Shown one piece after another: positions 7,589-17,504 of a stretch of 64,000 bases of DNA. The notes below the pieces were generated by a model that saw only the letters and a list, made by a program, of their open reading frames with translations, ran no database searches and was not told the origin of the DNA. This stretch comes from Phycisphaeraceae bacterium (lineage in GTDB: Bacteria > Planctomycetota > Phycisphaerae > Phycisphaerales > Phycisphaeraceae): assembly GCA_963674705.1 (NCBI GenBank), contig OY771506.1, forward strand, positions 3,072,001-3,136,000. The letters run 5' to 3'. The stretch's first letter is position 1. Every line of letters begins with the position of its first letter. Both the position numbers and the translations under genes were made by a program.

Positions 7589-9211
7589 TTATTCATCCGC
7601 AAGCCGGACCAATTCCGCTTCTACGGAGTCAAACATGTAACCGATCATCAGCGCCCGGCGTGACGGCCGGATCATGCCGGAATAGACGCGCTCGTACTCC
7701 TCGCGCAATGCCCGCATCTGTTCAAGAATCCGCGACGCCTGATCACGGTGTGCCTGCGGGTCAAAGCCATCTGTCCGGCTCAGCAGAATGAGCTGCGACG
7801 CCTCGGCCCGGTTAGTCAGGTTACGCGCGGCGAGTTCCCACAATTCCAGTCGGTATTCACCTTTCGAGGTAACCCGCATGAGCGATCTGATCTGATCTAG
7901 GCTTCTGGCGTAAGCCCGCCGCCGTGCACGGGCGGTCTCGATATGTTCATCGAACCCACCTTCTGCAATGATAGAGGCCAGTGTCTTCTCGACGTGGTCC
8001 GCGGGCACGGGCAGGCAAGCCTTGCCGATCCCAAGCGATTGCGTGTGGGTGAAAAGGCAAGGTTCAGACAAGCCCTCCACCGCTTCCCAGAAGCGGTCAT
8101 CTTCTAAGCCGTAGGCGCACTTCACGTACCGGTCTCGGAACTCGGCCATAGTAGACTCGGGGTTCTGTGACAGGAAGCCAACCGCGGCGATGTGGGCGTG
8201 CTGTAACTCCCAAGGGTGAAGGTGGACCGACCAGCTTGTCAGCACCGTGCCGCACAAGGCGGGTGTCTTCAGCCCCTTCGCAGCCGAGTCCCATGTATTG
8301 TGCAACTGGCGTTTGTGTCTGGGCGAAAAGACATTGTCGCCGTCGCAACTTGATCCGGGGCAGGTGACAACCTTAAAGCCCTTGTCGGCCAGGAAGTCGG
8401 CTGTATAGAACGTTTCCGGGTCGACGCCGGGCGCGTCTCCGTTTGGGAACAAATATTTGCCAAACAGATCAAGGTCTTTTGGTGTAAACTCGTTCCTGTT
8501 TCGCAAGCCCCGCTTGTCACCCCAGATATATACCCTGCCGTTGCCGCGCCAGACGTCATACATCCAGTCAAACAGCATCACATCACGCGATAGCTCATCG
8601 ATCGCACCGTTGTGGTGCAGCGCCATGTCCGCCCAGATGATGGGTGTTGCGCCGCGTTCGATCAGTGGCTCAGATATCGTGTTGACATGCTGAATGAATA
8701 TCTGTGAGACACTCAGGTCGTGCTTGTTCCTTGCACTCTGTTGCACATGGTCAAGTCGGCGGGCCTCGTCGCAGCCGATGTGGAAATAACGTACTTCGCC
8801 GAAAAGATCGAGGTACTCCGCTATCCAGTCGTGCAACAGCAGTACGACGGCCGGGTGCAGCGGGTTGTATTGCGTCGTGTCGTCAGGATGGGCGCGGAGG
8901 CCGGCGTACTTTTCGTGCCGCAGGACGTACTCCGCATGGCCGAGCGTCTGCAGCAGCGGAATGTTGTCGAGGCCTAATCCTTTGGCATGCTCGAGCAGCT
9001 TGCGGAATTCATCCTTGGTCAGCGCATCGGGCTGGTGTGCCTCCGGTATAGTCTGCCACTCGATGCCGCCTTCCAGCTCCCAGACGACCGTGTTGTAGCC
9101 CATCTCGGACAATGTTGTCAGCCAGGCCTCAAGATAGTCTGCACGGTACTGCGCCATATTCATGTCGATATGGAAACCGATGATACGCCTTTCAATCGTC
9201 TTTAGAACCAT
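7589..9211 (-). CDS. GH20-family hexosaminidase (HexD-like)
   Basis: IPLLQTLGHAEY, HIGCDEA catalytic motif, and IIWADM. Confidence 0.85.
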   Translation of the reverse strand: MVLKTIERRIIGFHIDMNMAQYRADYLEAWLTTLSEMGYNTVVWELEGGIEWQTIPEAHQPDALTKDEFRKLLEHAKGLGLDNIPLLQTLGHAEYVLRHEKYAGLRAHPDDTTQYNPLHPAVVLLLHDWIAEYLDLFGEVRYFHIGCDEARRLDHVQQSARNKHDLSVSQIFIQHVNTISEPLIERGATPIIWADMALHHNGAIDELSRDVMLFDWMYDVWRGNGRVYIWGDKRGLRNRNEFTPKDLDLFGKYLFPNGDAPGVDPETFYTADFLADKGFKVVTCPGSSCDGDNVFSPRHKRQLHNTWDSAAKGLKTPALCGTVLTSWSVHLHPWELQHAHIAAVGFLSQNPESTMAEFRDRYVKCAYGLEDDRFWEAVEGLSEPCLFTHTQSLGIGKACLPVPADHVEKTLASIIAEGGFDEHIETARARRRAYARSLDQIRSLMRVTSKGEYRLELWELAARNLTNRAEASQLILLSRTDGFDPQAHRDQASRILEQMRALREEYERVYSGMIRPSRRALMIGYMFDSVEAELVRLADE

Positions 9212-9667
9212 CAGTATCGACTCCGAATAAGCGTCGCTGGACCCGAAACCCGCCGGTCATAATGCCAAGGTGGCGCATCATAAACAGGCGTTTTCTGGCA
9301 TTAGCATAGCAAATCCCCCAATCACTCGACATACATGAGTCCCTGGTGTTGTTTAGCGTAAATCGTGGTCAGCCGCTGCAAATCGTTGCCGATGATAGCC
9401 CCGCAGCTTCAATGGGATTATCACGCGTCAAAGCGAAGTTATCGTGGCGGGTCTGAACGGGTAGAAGATGCTGATGACTTACGCGTATCGCCAGTCCGGT
9501 TCATCGAACCTGCTATCGACGGTGATGTTAGCGGTCGCATGCCGGCAGGCATAGGCGGGCTCCGCAGATGGTTGCCGTGTCACCGGCGCGTGGCGACAGG
9601 CAGTCAACGCGAGGGTACACGTTGCGACGGTGGACAGGATGAGGACTTTACCCAACATGAAACGGTC

Positions 9668-11857
9668 CTATGTCGTCGGTGGTATGGGCGTTTGGGTGGA
9701 CTGGCCAGCGCCGTTGGTAGGGGGCTCGGACAGCGGTGTATCGTCGTCGACCGGTCGGGTGACAATGCCGGTGTCGTTGAAATCGCGTTTGAGTGAACCG
9801 AGCGTCATGAAGAGCCTGCGTGTATCGATGATCCCGCCGATCAGGAACCAGATGATCGTGCCTATGCCCAGGACCAGCATCAGGCCCAATCGCCATTCCC
9901 AGTACATCACCCAGTCGTCCTCGGACATATGGCCCCAAAGGCCGTTACGGGCGCCGATGAACTGCACCGTGCCGACGATGAACACGATGAACCAGATGAT
10001 GGTCCAGGCGAGCTTGCCATAGTAGATGAACTTATCTCCGAGGCTGAACTCTCCGGAGGGCAGGATGGCGCGTAGGCCGGAGACAGGCTTGACCACTTCG
10101 CCGTCGTGATCGACCCTGATGGCGTAGCGACCGCGGTGCAACATGCGCTCCATGTTGAACGCCGGCCGCCTGGCAACCAGCCATGCCAGCAGCGAACAGG
10201 TCACGTACCCCACGATCGACAGGCACATGGCGAAGAAGTTGACCCACTGGCCATCCAGCGGGAACTCATCAGGGCCGACCTTCCAGTTGATCCCCCAGAC
10301 GCGCGTCGAGACGCCTTCAAGCCCTGTCCTAACCAGGTCCAGCAGCCAAGGGGCGTCCGTAACCATCCAGGGATACAGTGAGTCCTTCCATAATAGACGC
10401 AAAATCATCCCGCTGACTGCGACGACCCACCCGGTGGTCAGGGCGACCCACGCCCCGCTGGTCGAACCACGCTTCCAGTAGAGCCCGCCAATGATCAGCG
10501 AGCCCGCACCGCCGATGTAGATCGCGCCGGTGATGGCGAAGAACATGAAGATCAGGTCATTCTGCTCATACAGCAGGCTGAAGAAGAAGATGAAGACGGC
10601 TACAAAGAAGATCGAGAACCGCAACATCCGCATGTGTTGTTTGGGCGTGAAGGGCTTCTTGCGGAACGGCAGGATCACGTCCTGAATGAACATGGAGCCC
10701 CAAGAGTGCAGGTAGGTATCGTGCGTGGCGGTGTTGGCCGCCAACATGGTCGCGCACAGAAGCCCGATCATCCCGACCGGCAGTGCCTTGGACAGTACGA
10801 CAGGGACGGTCATCTGCTCGCGGATCTGCGGGTTCTCGATCCCGTCAAGCACACCCATCGCGTTGGCAACGACCTGCTCGTACCCGCTGTGGTGCATGAT
10901 GACGAAAGCCCCGATCGGCAGGAACATGGCCACGACGGTGAACACCAGCCCCCGCCACTCACCGAGGATCCCGGCCATCTTCGCCTCATGCGCCGTCCTG
11001 GCCGAGGCGTTGTAGCCCTGCGATCCCTGCCACGCCTTCCAACCGTAGACATAAGTGAAGGCGCCGATCAGGAAGAAGAAGATGTTGAATCCCTCGACCT
11101 TGGAGGTCTGGAACGGCTGAATCATCGAGGCGTCCTTGGGCGCTTCTCTGAGCGTGTCTATGATCGTCGACCAGTCGAACATCCAGAAGATCGCGCCCAG
11201 AATGACGATGAACACGATATTGGTGAAGACGCCCTGTATGAAGTCCGTGACCATAATGGCGATCTGACCACCGATGAACACGAAGAACAGCGCGATCCCC
11301 AGCATCACGACCATGACGCCCGCGTAGACCAGATCGATGTCGCGCCCCAGGATGTTCACGGGGTAGTGCGGGAACCCGCAGAAGTAGATCATGAACCGCG
11401 CGCCTACAGCGGGGAAGATCCCGAAGTTGATGATGCCCGCGAGCCAGCCGAGGATGCCGGCGTAGACCCGGATGCCCTTGCTGTAGCGCACCTCGAAAAA
11501 CTGCGCCATCGTCATCACCCGCGTTTCACGATATCGATAGATCACCCACCCCGACAGCGCAATGATCAATGCCAACGGCGTCATGATGAGGTGCCACCAG
11601 TCGGCAGTGAGGCCCGCCTTGTAGTACATCTCGAAGAAAGCGACGATACTGATCGACCCCAGCCCGGCGGTCCCTTGGGAGATGCACAACAGGTAACGCC
11701 CGGCGCAGCGATTGGCCGCCAGGAAGTCCGCGATGCTCTGGATGCACTTCTTCGTCGAAATCGCCGCCGCGACGATCCCCACCAGCAGGCCCAGGACGAT
11801 GCACCAGTCGATCCAGTGCATGTTTGAAGCGAATACGGCCAAGCTCGGGGTCGGCAT
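9668..11857 (-). CDS. Sodium:solute symporter (SSS family)
   Basis: Many TM helices, DFLAANR, TMAQFFEVRYS, GGQIAIMVTDFIQ and GGLYWKR motifs. Confidence 0.9.
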   Translation of the reverse strand: MPTPSLAVFASNMHWIDWCIVLGLLVGIVAAAISTKKCIQSIADFLAANRCAGRYLLCISQGTAGLGSISIVAFFEMYYKAGLTADWWHLIMTPLALIIALSGWVIYRYRETRVMTMAQFFEVRYSKGIRVYAGILGWLAGIINFGIFPAVGARFMIYFCGFPHYPVNILGRDIDLVYAGVMVVMLGIALFFVFIGGQIAIMVTDFIQGVFTNIVFIVILGAIFWMFDWSTIIDTLREAPKDASMIQPFQTSKVEGFNIFFFLIGAFTYVYGWKAWQGSQGYNASARTAHEAKMAGILGEWRGLVFTVVAMFLPIGAFVIMHHSGYEQVVANAMGVLDGIENPQIREQMTVPVVLSKALPVGMIGLLCATMLAANTATHDTYLHSWGSMFIQDVILPFRKKPFTPKQHMRMLRFSIFFVAVFIFFFSLLYEQNDLIFMFFAITGAIYIGGAGSLIIGGLYWKRGSTSGAWVALTTGWVVAVSGMILRLLWKDSLYPWMVTDAPWLLDLVRTGLEGVSTRVWGINWKVGPDEFPLDGQWVNFFAMCLSIVGYVTCSLLAWLVARRPAFNMERMLHRGRYAIRVDHDGEVVKPVSGLRAILPSGEFSLGDKFIYYGKLAWTIIWFIVFIVGTVQFIGARNGLWGHMSEDDWVMYWEWRLGLMLVLGIGTIIWFLIGGIIDTRRLFMTLGSLKRDFNDTGIVTRPVDDDTPLSEPPTNGAGQSTQTPIPPTT

Positions 11858-11918
11858 GCTGGTTGGATTCCTTCCTGGCGGCTATGCAGATAAGGATGAC
11901 CGGATGCGACCGATACGT

Positions 11919-13931
11919 TCAATCGGCGGCGTCGGAGTGCGTGTGACTCACGGTTCTGTCGGGGCTGGCCATGATCTGATGCTGCATGGCCCGATCCGGA
12001 TCTCGTCCATCCTGTGCAAAGAGTTTGGCCAGCCATAGGTGCGCCAGTTTGTAGCCCGGCGCCATCGACACGCAGGTCTCCAGTGCCTGGATCGCCTGCT
12101 CGGTCTTGCCGGTTTCCGCTAGTGCGACACCGAGGTTGTAATGAGCTCTAGGGAACTGGTGCGTCAGCCCGACCGCACGCAATGCGTAGTCCACCGCCTC
12201 ATCGTAGTGTTTTTTCACGATCGAAACACGGGCCAGCCCGTTGTATGCGACCGAGCTTTCGTCATCATTTCCCAGCAGCTTTTTATACGCACGCTCCGCA
12301 TCGTCCCACTTCGCAAGCTGGCCGTAGGCCTGTCCCAAGGCCCCGAGCAACGCCTCCATATCGGGCGCAATCGTCTCCGCCCGTTTGAGGTATTCAATCG
12401 CCTCCTCGGGCTTTTCCTGACGAAGCTTCACCTGCCCAAGCGTGGCTAGCAGGACGGCGTTAGTGGGGAATGTTTCAAGCAGCTCAAGGAGCAGCGGCTC
12501 ACACAGGTCCGTCTGGCCTGTCAGCAGGTAGCAGCGCGCCAGTTGGAATTTGTATGCGACGGCGTCCTCCTCGTCCTGGACCAGCAGCTCCTGCCAAATG
12601 GGAATCGCCTGGTCTGCTCGCTGGCTATCCGTCAGAGCCTTGGCAAGGTTAATCTTCTGGTCGAACATGGCGTGTTGAACGCTTTTCTGGACATCGTCGC
12701 TCGGTGCATCGATATAACCGAGTTCCACCAAGTGACGGATCGCTTCGGCTGAGGCGACCGGGTCTTCCCTACAGTCCTCCCCGTGCATCCCGTCATCGCC
12801 TTCGACCTGGTCCCAACTGATGATGTGCTCGGCCCGTATCTCCTTGTCGAAGATCTCCAGCCATGGTCGTCCGTCCATATCCGCACCGATAGGCAGGCCG
12901 AACAGCGACAGAATGGTCGGCGTGACGTCCAGCACCGTAGCGCCGTAGACGTGGGTGTCTTGCTTGATCCCGGGCCCCTTGGCGCAGACCACACCGAACG
13001 GCCGGTGCCAGCTCTCGGGGTCTTTGAACCCGTCGGAGTCACTTCGGCCCTTGCCGCTGTGGAAACCGTGGTCGGAAACCAAGATGACGGTGGTATCGTC
13101 CCCAGCGTAGCTTAACATCGCCTCGAGCATCATGTCGTGGTATCGGTAACAGCCGTTCATCACATCCTTGTACAGATCGGCGTCACGCTCGCTGACGCCT
13201 TCTATAGCGGGTGGATGGAAAGGCATGAAGTAGTGCCCCATCAGGTCGATCGCGTCGTAATAGACAGCCATGAAGTCCCACGGCTCGTTGTTCATCAGCC
13301 AGCACGCGGCGGCGTGAACCGTGCTGGCGCGTGCCAGCAACCCGGCGAATGTACCGAGTCGATCGTCCTTCGCCGTATCAATCTCCGCGGCGCGGGGGAT
13401 GAAAGGCAGGATGGCCATGGCGTCGAGCTGACGAGGGTCGACCCGCAGTTTCAGCAGGTCACCCGCCAGGCGTTCCGGGTGGAACATGCCGTCGCTCGAT
13501 GAGGGTGCTTGCTGATCCGGGCCCAGACGCGTCACGTAGCGTTCGGTCACGACCGCGCCGTTGATCGGCTCGGCGGGGTGGCTGGCGTACCATGTGACGA
13601 CGTTGGACTTCATCCCGCTCTGAGAAAGGATGTTCCACAGGGCCTTGGTCTTGCGGCTGGTGCTGCTGACCGGGCGGATGCCGCTGCCGTCAGGCAACGG
13701 TTCGGTGAAGCCGTAGATCCCGTGTTTGTCCGCACGTTTGCCCGTGGCGATCGAGTTCCAGAGCATCGGCGACAGGATCGGGCGGATCGTGGCGAGTTTG
13801 CCACTGACCCCATCCTTGATCATCTGTTCGAGTGTCGGCATCAGGCCCTGTTCGATCAACGGCCTGATCATGACCCAGTCGGCGGCGTCCCAGCCGATCA
13901 GAAGGACCTTCTTGGCTAACCGTTGTGTCAT
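11919..13931 (-). CDS. Alkaline phosphatase/phosphodiesterase superfamily protein with C-terminal TPRs
   Basis: IGWDAADW, LSPMLWNSIATG, DAIDLMGH and VSDHGF motifs, followed by a TPR array. Confidence 0.88.
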   Translation of the reverse strand: MTQRLAKKVLLIGWDAADWVMIRPLIEQGLMPTLEQMIKDGVSGKLATIRPILSPMLWNSIATGKRADKHGIYGFTEPLPDGSGIRPVSSTSRKTKALWNILSQSGMKSNVVTWYASHPAEPINGAVVTERYVTRLGPDQQAPSSSDGMFHPERLAGDLLKLRVDPRQLDAMAILPFIPRAAEIDTAKDDRLGTFAGLLARASTVHAAACWLMNNEPWDFMAVYYDAIDLMGHYFMPFHPPAIEGVSERDADLYKDVMNGCYRYHDMMLEAMLSYAGDDTTVILVSDHGFHSGKGRSDSDGFKDPESWHRPFGVVCAKGPGIKQDTHVYGATVLDVTPTILSLFGLPIGADMDGRPWLEIFDKEIRAEHIISWDQVEGDDGMHGEDCREDPVASAEAIRHLVELGYIDAPSDDVQKSVQHAMFDQKINLAKALTDSQRADQAIPIWQELLVQDEEDAVAYKFQLARCYLLTGQTDLCEPLLLELLETFPTNAVLLATLGQVKLRQEKPEEAIEYLKRAETIAPDMEALLGALGQAYGQLAKWDDAERAYKKLLGNDDESSVAYNGLARVSIVKKHYDEAVDYALRAVGLTHQFPRAHYNLGVALAETGKTEQAIQALETCVSMAPGYKLAHLWLAKLFAQDGRDPDRAMQHQIMASPDRTVSHTHSDAAD

Positions 13932-14038
13932 CTTGATCCCGATTTGGATTCTTCGGTATTAGTAAGTAAAGGGCCAGGCCCACGGTTACGCAAGCCCAGC
14001 CCGAGTGTTGAAACCGTCACAACAGCATCCGTGCCGGG

Positions 14039-14707
14039 TTACGCCGAGCGGCGGCGCAGGCCGATGGCGCCGAGGCCGGCAGCGAGCAGGCCCAGCGACG
14101 CCGGTTCGGGAACCGCGCCGGCAACGATGTCGGTGTCCACAGCGCTCTCGTAGGCGTAGTCGTAGGCGATAAGGTGCGAATTGTACTGGCTCGTGCCGGT
14201 GATTTTCAGCCGGATCCAGGCCCAGTGCAAACCCCCACCCGCGTCTTCCAGTTGAATAGCCGCGTACTGCGGGTCGGTCAGGTTGCGGAAGTTGGTATAG
14301 GAGACATGTAGTCTGTCGAGGGCATTGGATAACGGCGACACGTTCGGGTTGGATGATCCGATGATGTCACCCGCACCGAACGACCGGACATAAGCGTTGT
14401 TGCCCTTGGAGATGTTGGTCATGGTAGTCGTGCCGTTTATCCCAAAGCACCTCATTCGCGCGAACCACCCAGGGCTCGAACCCGGCGCGTACGCGTCGGT
14501 GTGTTGGATCAGCAGGTCATCGGTACCGTCACCATTCATGTCCAAGTAAAACCCAGGATCACCTGTGACCTGGTCGACATCGGGGACAATGTCACCATAG
14601 ATGATCGCCGCCTGCGCGCCTTGAGCGGCGCCGAAAGCACCCAATCCTGCCGCGGCCGAGTAGGCCATCAGTCGCTTAACACTATCCTGCTTCTCTCTGG
14701 TCTCCAT
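14039..14707 (-). CDS. PEP-CTERM surface protein (paralog 2, no dockerin-like module)
   Basis: Signal-like leader ending AQA, C-terminal VPEPASLGLLAAGLGAIGLRRR. Start taken at the METREKQ ATG, which has a GGGAG RBS. Confidence 0.88.
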   Translation of the reverse strand: METREKQDSVKRLMAYSAAAGLGAFGAAQGAQAAIIYGDIVPDVDQVTGDPGFYLDMNGDGTDDLLIQHTDAYAPGSSPGWFARMRCFGINGTTTMTNISKGNNAYVRSFGAGDIIGSSNPNVSPLSNALDRLHVSYTNFRNLTDPQYAAIQLEDAGGGLHWAWIRLKITGTSQYNSHLIAYDYAYESAVDTDIVAGAVPEPASLGLLAAGLGAIGLRRRSA

Positions 14708-14872
14708 CTGCTTTCTCCCATCAATAAGGTGTGAAAATAGTATTCGAACAAACACAATGGACAACATACATCGAAGTTAAACTGTTAGGTTCAAGACGTG
14801 CGTCCTCCTCTCTAACAACCCCCGTTTCTTGTGTGAATCACATGCTGTGTAGCGGGGTATTAGGCCGGCCGT

Positions 14873-14898
14873 AACCGCCCCCGGAGGTCGGGGCGGTT
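14873..14898 (-). terminator. Hairpin downstream of PEP-CTERM paralog 1
   Basis: AACCGCCCC...GGGGCGGTT stem; the U-tract is weak. Confidence 0.4.
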
Positions 14899-14918
14899 GC
14901 AGGCCGGATCGAGTTTGA

Positions 14919-15812
14919 TCACATACGCCGGCGACGCTTACATGCCATGGCGCCGAGACCCACGGCGAGCAGGCCCAGCGTGGCCGGTTCGGGAACGGCG
15001 GCGACGGGCGGCGTGCCGTTGTTCCAGTTGTTCAGCACAATGTCCAGGTCGGATAGACCCACAAATCCATCACCCGTGGGATCGCCTTCGCTCCATTCGC
15101 CCGGAGTTACGTTCTGGTTCCAGTTGGTCAGAACGATATCCAGGTCGTCCAAGCCGACGAAGCCGTCGCCGTTGAGGTCGCCGTCTATCGAGGTGACACC
15201 CATGTCACCGGCAAGAATCCCGGTCACGTTGTACAGGTCGGTCTCGTAGGCGTAGTCGTAGGTCGTCAAGAGAGAATTAGTTGAGCTGGTGCCGGTCACT
15301 TTCATTCGGATCCAAGCCCAGTGCAGGCCCCCGCCCGAATCCGCCAAACGGATCGCCGCGTATTGCGGATCGGTCAGGTTACGGAAGTTGGTATAGGCGA
15401 CATGCACCCGGCTGAAAGGGCTGATGCACAACTGCACGTCTGGATTGGAGTTGCTGATGTCATCACCCGCACCGAACGAACGGACATAATAGAGGTTGCC
15501 CTTGGAGGCGTTGGTCGCCACGCGCGTGTTGCCTAACGGGTAGCACCTGAACCGCTGGTACCAACCGGAGCTCGCGGCCGGCGCGTAGTTGTCGACATGT
15601 ACGATCCTCAAGTCATCGATACCGTCACTATTCATATCCAGTAAAAACTCGGGATCATTTTCGGCCTGGATGATATCGGGGTTGATGTCGCCATAAATGA
15701 CTGACGCCTGAGCGCCTTGTGCGGCGCCGAAAGCACCCAGCCCGGCCGCGGCCGAGTAAGCGAGAAGTCTTTCCAGCGTATCCTGAGTCGATTCATTCTT
15801 GTAATTTGACAT
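14919..15812 (-). CDS. PEP-CTERM surface protein with dockerin-like module (paralog 1)
   Basis: Collinear with 14039-14707, plus two GD.GDGFVGL.DLDIVL.NWN repeats and VPEPATLGLL...KRRR. Confidence 0.9.
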   Translation of the reverse strand: MSNYKNESTQDTLERLLAYSAAAGLGAFGAAQGAQASVIYGDINPDIIQAENDPEFLLDMNSDGIDDLRIVHVDNYAPAASSGWYQRFRCYPLGNTRVATNASKGNLYYVRSFGAGDDISNSNPDVQLCISPFSRVHVAYTNFRNLTDPQYAAIRLADSGGGLHWAWIRMKVTGTSSTNSLLTTYDYAYETDLYNVTGILAGDMGVTSIDGDLNGDGFVGLDDLDIVLTNWNQNVTPGEWSEGDPTGDGFVGLSDLDIVLNNWNNGTPPVAAVPEPATLGLLAVGLGAMACKRRRRM

Positions 15813-15890
15813 ACTTTTCTCCTCAATGCAAAAAGGTAAGACGTGCGGTATTCACATAAAAAAACCAAAGATTCACAATGAATTGGTTTA

Positions 15891-17498
15891 TCAGATTGTG
15901 TAACTCGAGCCTGTTAGTTGATCAAGGCAATTAACACCGCAAACAAATGACGGCGCGTTGGGTTGTTTGGGTTGACTGGCCGGCGGATAATCTTGGGCGA
16001 GTAATTCAGACCTGACCTGGAAGTCATGGTAGTCGCGCATCTTGCGAGGTGACCAGAGGACTTCACTCAGAGCCAGTAACCTCGGCATAACCTGACGGAT
16101 CAGTTGCTCATATGTCTTGATGCATTCTGTCCAAACCGGTGCTTCCCCGCCCAGCACCAGGTCCGCCGCCACCGTCTCCAGGCCCTCGGGGACCGGCTCA
16201 AAGCCATACACTTTTTCGACCGGCAGCAGCGGCATCCAGTCGGGCTTACCAAGTCGGCTCTCTTCGCAACAGGGGTAGTCCATGTAAACATACTCATGGA
16301 ATGAGTTGATCGTCTGCCGTCCCAAACTCGCAGCCATTTCGCTCTGGCCCTCTAGCCATCCCTGAATGATCTGGCCGTCCGGCATCCCCGCCTTCTTGAG
16401 GTTGTCACCCCAGCCGATCGTTCGGACCTTTAGTTGTTCATGGACATAGTTAGTGATCTGCGAAGCAAACCAGAACTCCAGTTCGTCTTCACTCTTAAGT
16501 CCCAACTCATGCATACGTTTTTTACATGACGGGCACTGACTCCAGAAACCAGTCGGCCGTTCGTCTCCTCCGAGGTGGATGTACTGCGGTTCAAACACCT
16601 CCGCGACTTCGGCCAGGACATCCTTAAGAAAAGTGAATACCTCGTCACGTCCGGCACAGTACAAACGACGACCGCCGTCACGTGTATAGGCATTCAACCC
16701 GCCGGCCGCATCAACGGTTATGGATTTGCCGGAGCAAGACAGGCTCGGGATTGCATATAATGCCGAGTTGCAGTGGCCGGGCATATCGATCTCGGGGATC
16801 ACGATGATGTGACGATCATTCGCGTAAGCGACAATGTCACGGACCTGTTGTTGCGAATAGAAACCACCGTAGCGACTGTCGCCCTCACCACGCCAGGCGC
16901 CCACGGACGTCAGTCTTGGATACTTCCGGATCTCCATCCGCCAGGCTTGATCGTCAACGATGTGCCAGTGGAAGCGGTTGAATTTCAATGCAGCGATTCG
17001 GTCGATGATGCGTTTGATTTCCGAAACACTTTGCATATGCCTGGCGGAATCAAGCATAAAGCCGCGCCATGAGAACCTGGGCCGGTCATTGATGTGAACG
17101 CATGGCAGGTACCGAGATCCGCCATGATTGGCGTCACCCGTAGCGAGTTGGAACAAGGTCTGTACGCCGTAGAACGCACCGGCTGGACGCCGTGCCGTGA
17201 TGCTGACACAGTCCTCATTCACAGTCAGTTGATAGCCCTCGTCGCCAATATCACTCAGGCCGGGGTCCTGTATAAGCCGTATCGATCCGTCACTTTTCGA
17301 TCCCAGCGGGTTACCTGATCTGATGCACACATCGGCACCCGACTCGGAGTCGATCCAGTCGGCGAGATATCGTCCGAGCCAACGATACCGTTCGACATCA
17401 TCGACGATCTCCAGGTGTATCACCCTCACGGACGCCAGGGCGAACTGGCCTGGACAGCGCTTGACTTCCACGGGTTTGGGGATCACAGCAAGCCGCAT
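15891..17498 (-). CDS. GH20 beta-N-acetylhexosaminidase
   Basis: DRPRFSWRGFMLDSARH, DDQAWR, PEIDMPGH, HLGGDE and WTE motifs. Confidence 0.95.
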   Translation of the reverse strand: MRLAVIPKPVEVKRCPGQFALASVRVIHLEIVDDVERYRWLGRYLADWIDSESGADVCIRSGNPLGSKSDGSIRLIQDPGLSDIGDEGYQLTVNEDCVSITARRPAGAFYGVQTLFQLATGDANHGGSRYLPCVHINDRPRFSWRGFMLDSARHMQSVSEIKRIIDRIAALKFNRFHWHIVDDQAWRMEIRKYPRLTSVGAWRGEGDSRYGGFYSQQQVRDIVAYANDRHIIVIPEIDMPGHCNSALYAIPSLSCSGKSITVDAAGGLNAYTRDGGRRLYCAGRDEVFTFLKDVLAEVAEVFEPQYIHLGGDERPTGFWSQCPSCKKRMHELGLKSEDELEFWFASQITNYVHEQLKVRTIGWGDNLKKAGMPDGQIIQGWLEGQSEMAASLGRQTINSFHEYVYMDYPCCEESRLGKPDWMPLLPVEKVYGFEPVPEGLETVAADLVLGGEAPVWTECIKTYEQLIRQVMPRLLALSEVLWSPRKMRDYHDFQVRSELLAQDYPPASQPKQPNAPSFVCGVNCLDQLTGSSYTI

Positions 17499-17504
17499 GA
17501 AACA

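Noticed and set aside
10634..11827. 397-aa plus-strand ORF
   Set aside because: Antisense shadow of the GC-rich SSS transporter gene, with no motifs.
14811..14866. TCTAAC...ATTAGGC hairpin as an integron attC site
   Set aside because: Poor core-site match and imperfect stem; no integron integrase or cassette array.
14039..15812. Paralog pair as a diversity-generating retroelement TR/VR
   Set aside because: Differences are spread over whole genes and do not look adenine-specific; no reverse transcriptase is present in the window.
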